In this document: piece after piece, positions 42,857-43,037 of the stretch | How the letters are laid out: every line of letters starts with the position of its first letter | How positions within the stretch are numbered: position 1 is the first letter of the stretch | DNA from: a virus | IMG/VR virus record: IMGVR_UViG_3300045988_172905 | Location: 1 to 43,037 of that record | Direction: 5' to 3' (one strand) | Length of the DNA stretch: 43,037 nt | Made by a program: the position numbers and the translations under genes | The notes under the pieces: model-generated | Database searches by the model: none | Seen by the model: the letters and a program-made list of their open reading frames with translations, nothing else | What the model was told of the DNA's origin: nothing

Positions 42857-43037
42857 CACGGCTCTTTCATTTAACTTTGGTGTTGTTTAGCAACTGCTTG
42901 AATAAGTAGCATTTACCCAAGTCTAATCTGTGGAATATATAAAAACAGTTTTGTTGGGTGTTATTGAGAGTTGCTTCTAACCGACTAATACTCATGGATA
43001 TTGAAAATTCAAAGCATTTTTAAATGAAAGAGCCGTG
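42857..43037. mobile_element. 181-bp MITE: 18-bp perfect terminal inverted repeats flanked by a 9-bp target-site duplication
   Basis: Left end CACGGCTCTTTCATTTAA at 42857-42874. Right end TTAAATGAAAGAGCCGTG at 43020-43037 (= 38-55). The flanking TCCACCCCA lies at 42848-42856 and 56-64. No ORF inside. Confidence 0.75.

Overview
This window is a complete, circularly closed genome of a temperate tailed phage or excised prophage. The last 55 nt repeat the first 55 nt exactly, so the unique length is 42,982 bp. The host is inferred to be Bacteroidota, from about 15 TAnnTTTG -7 promoter boxes in front of genes, little Shine-Dalgarno usage and a Bacteroides-type tyrosine integrase. Modules in order: integrase and cI/Cro-like switch (14.8-16.9 kb); a LuxR-type regulator; primase-helicase; hicAB; an iteron-type origin candidate (21.8-22.0 kb); head genes (ClpP-like protease/scaffold, capsid); packaging genes (PLD-like protein, TerL); and the tape measure gene (30.0-34.3 kb). 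A roughly 10.4 kb accessory island of eight self-contained promoter-gene-terminator cassettes follows and runs across the circular junction (34.3 kb to 1.7 kb). After it come portal, connector and tail-fibre genes and a lysis cassette (holin, amidase endolysin, unimolecular spanin). The most unusual features are two GC-rich, hairpin-dense non-coding blocks flanking the tape-measure gene (29632-29986 and 34405-34960). The larger block is bracketed, together with a ComF-like phosphoribosyltransferase gene, by a perfect 13-bp inverted repeat, and it may be a large structured RNA plus PRTase module. The island also carries an Eco57I-type N6-adenine methyltransferase operon truncated by an IS fragment, and a 181-bp MITE with 18-bp TIRs and a 9-bp target duplication whose uninterrupted paralogous site is in the same window. 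It further holds a three-gene operon ending in a MazF-like gene, a membrane-anchored HIRAN protein, and a 5' leader with mutually exclusive 14-19 bp helices. I saw no rRNA, tRNA gene, CRISPR array or reverse transcriptase. All family assignments come from motifs read by eye and are not database-verified.
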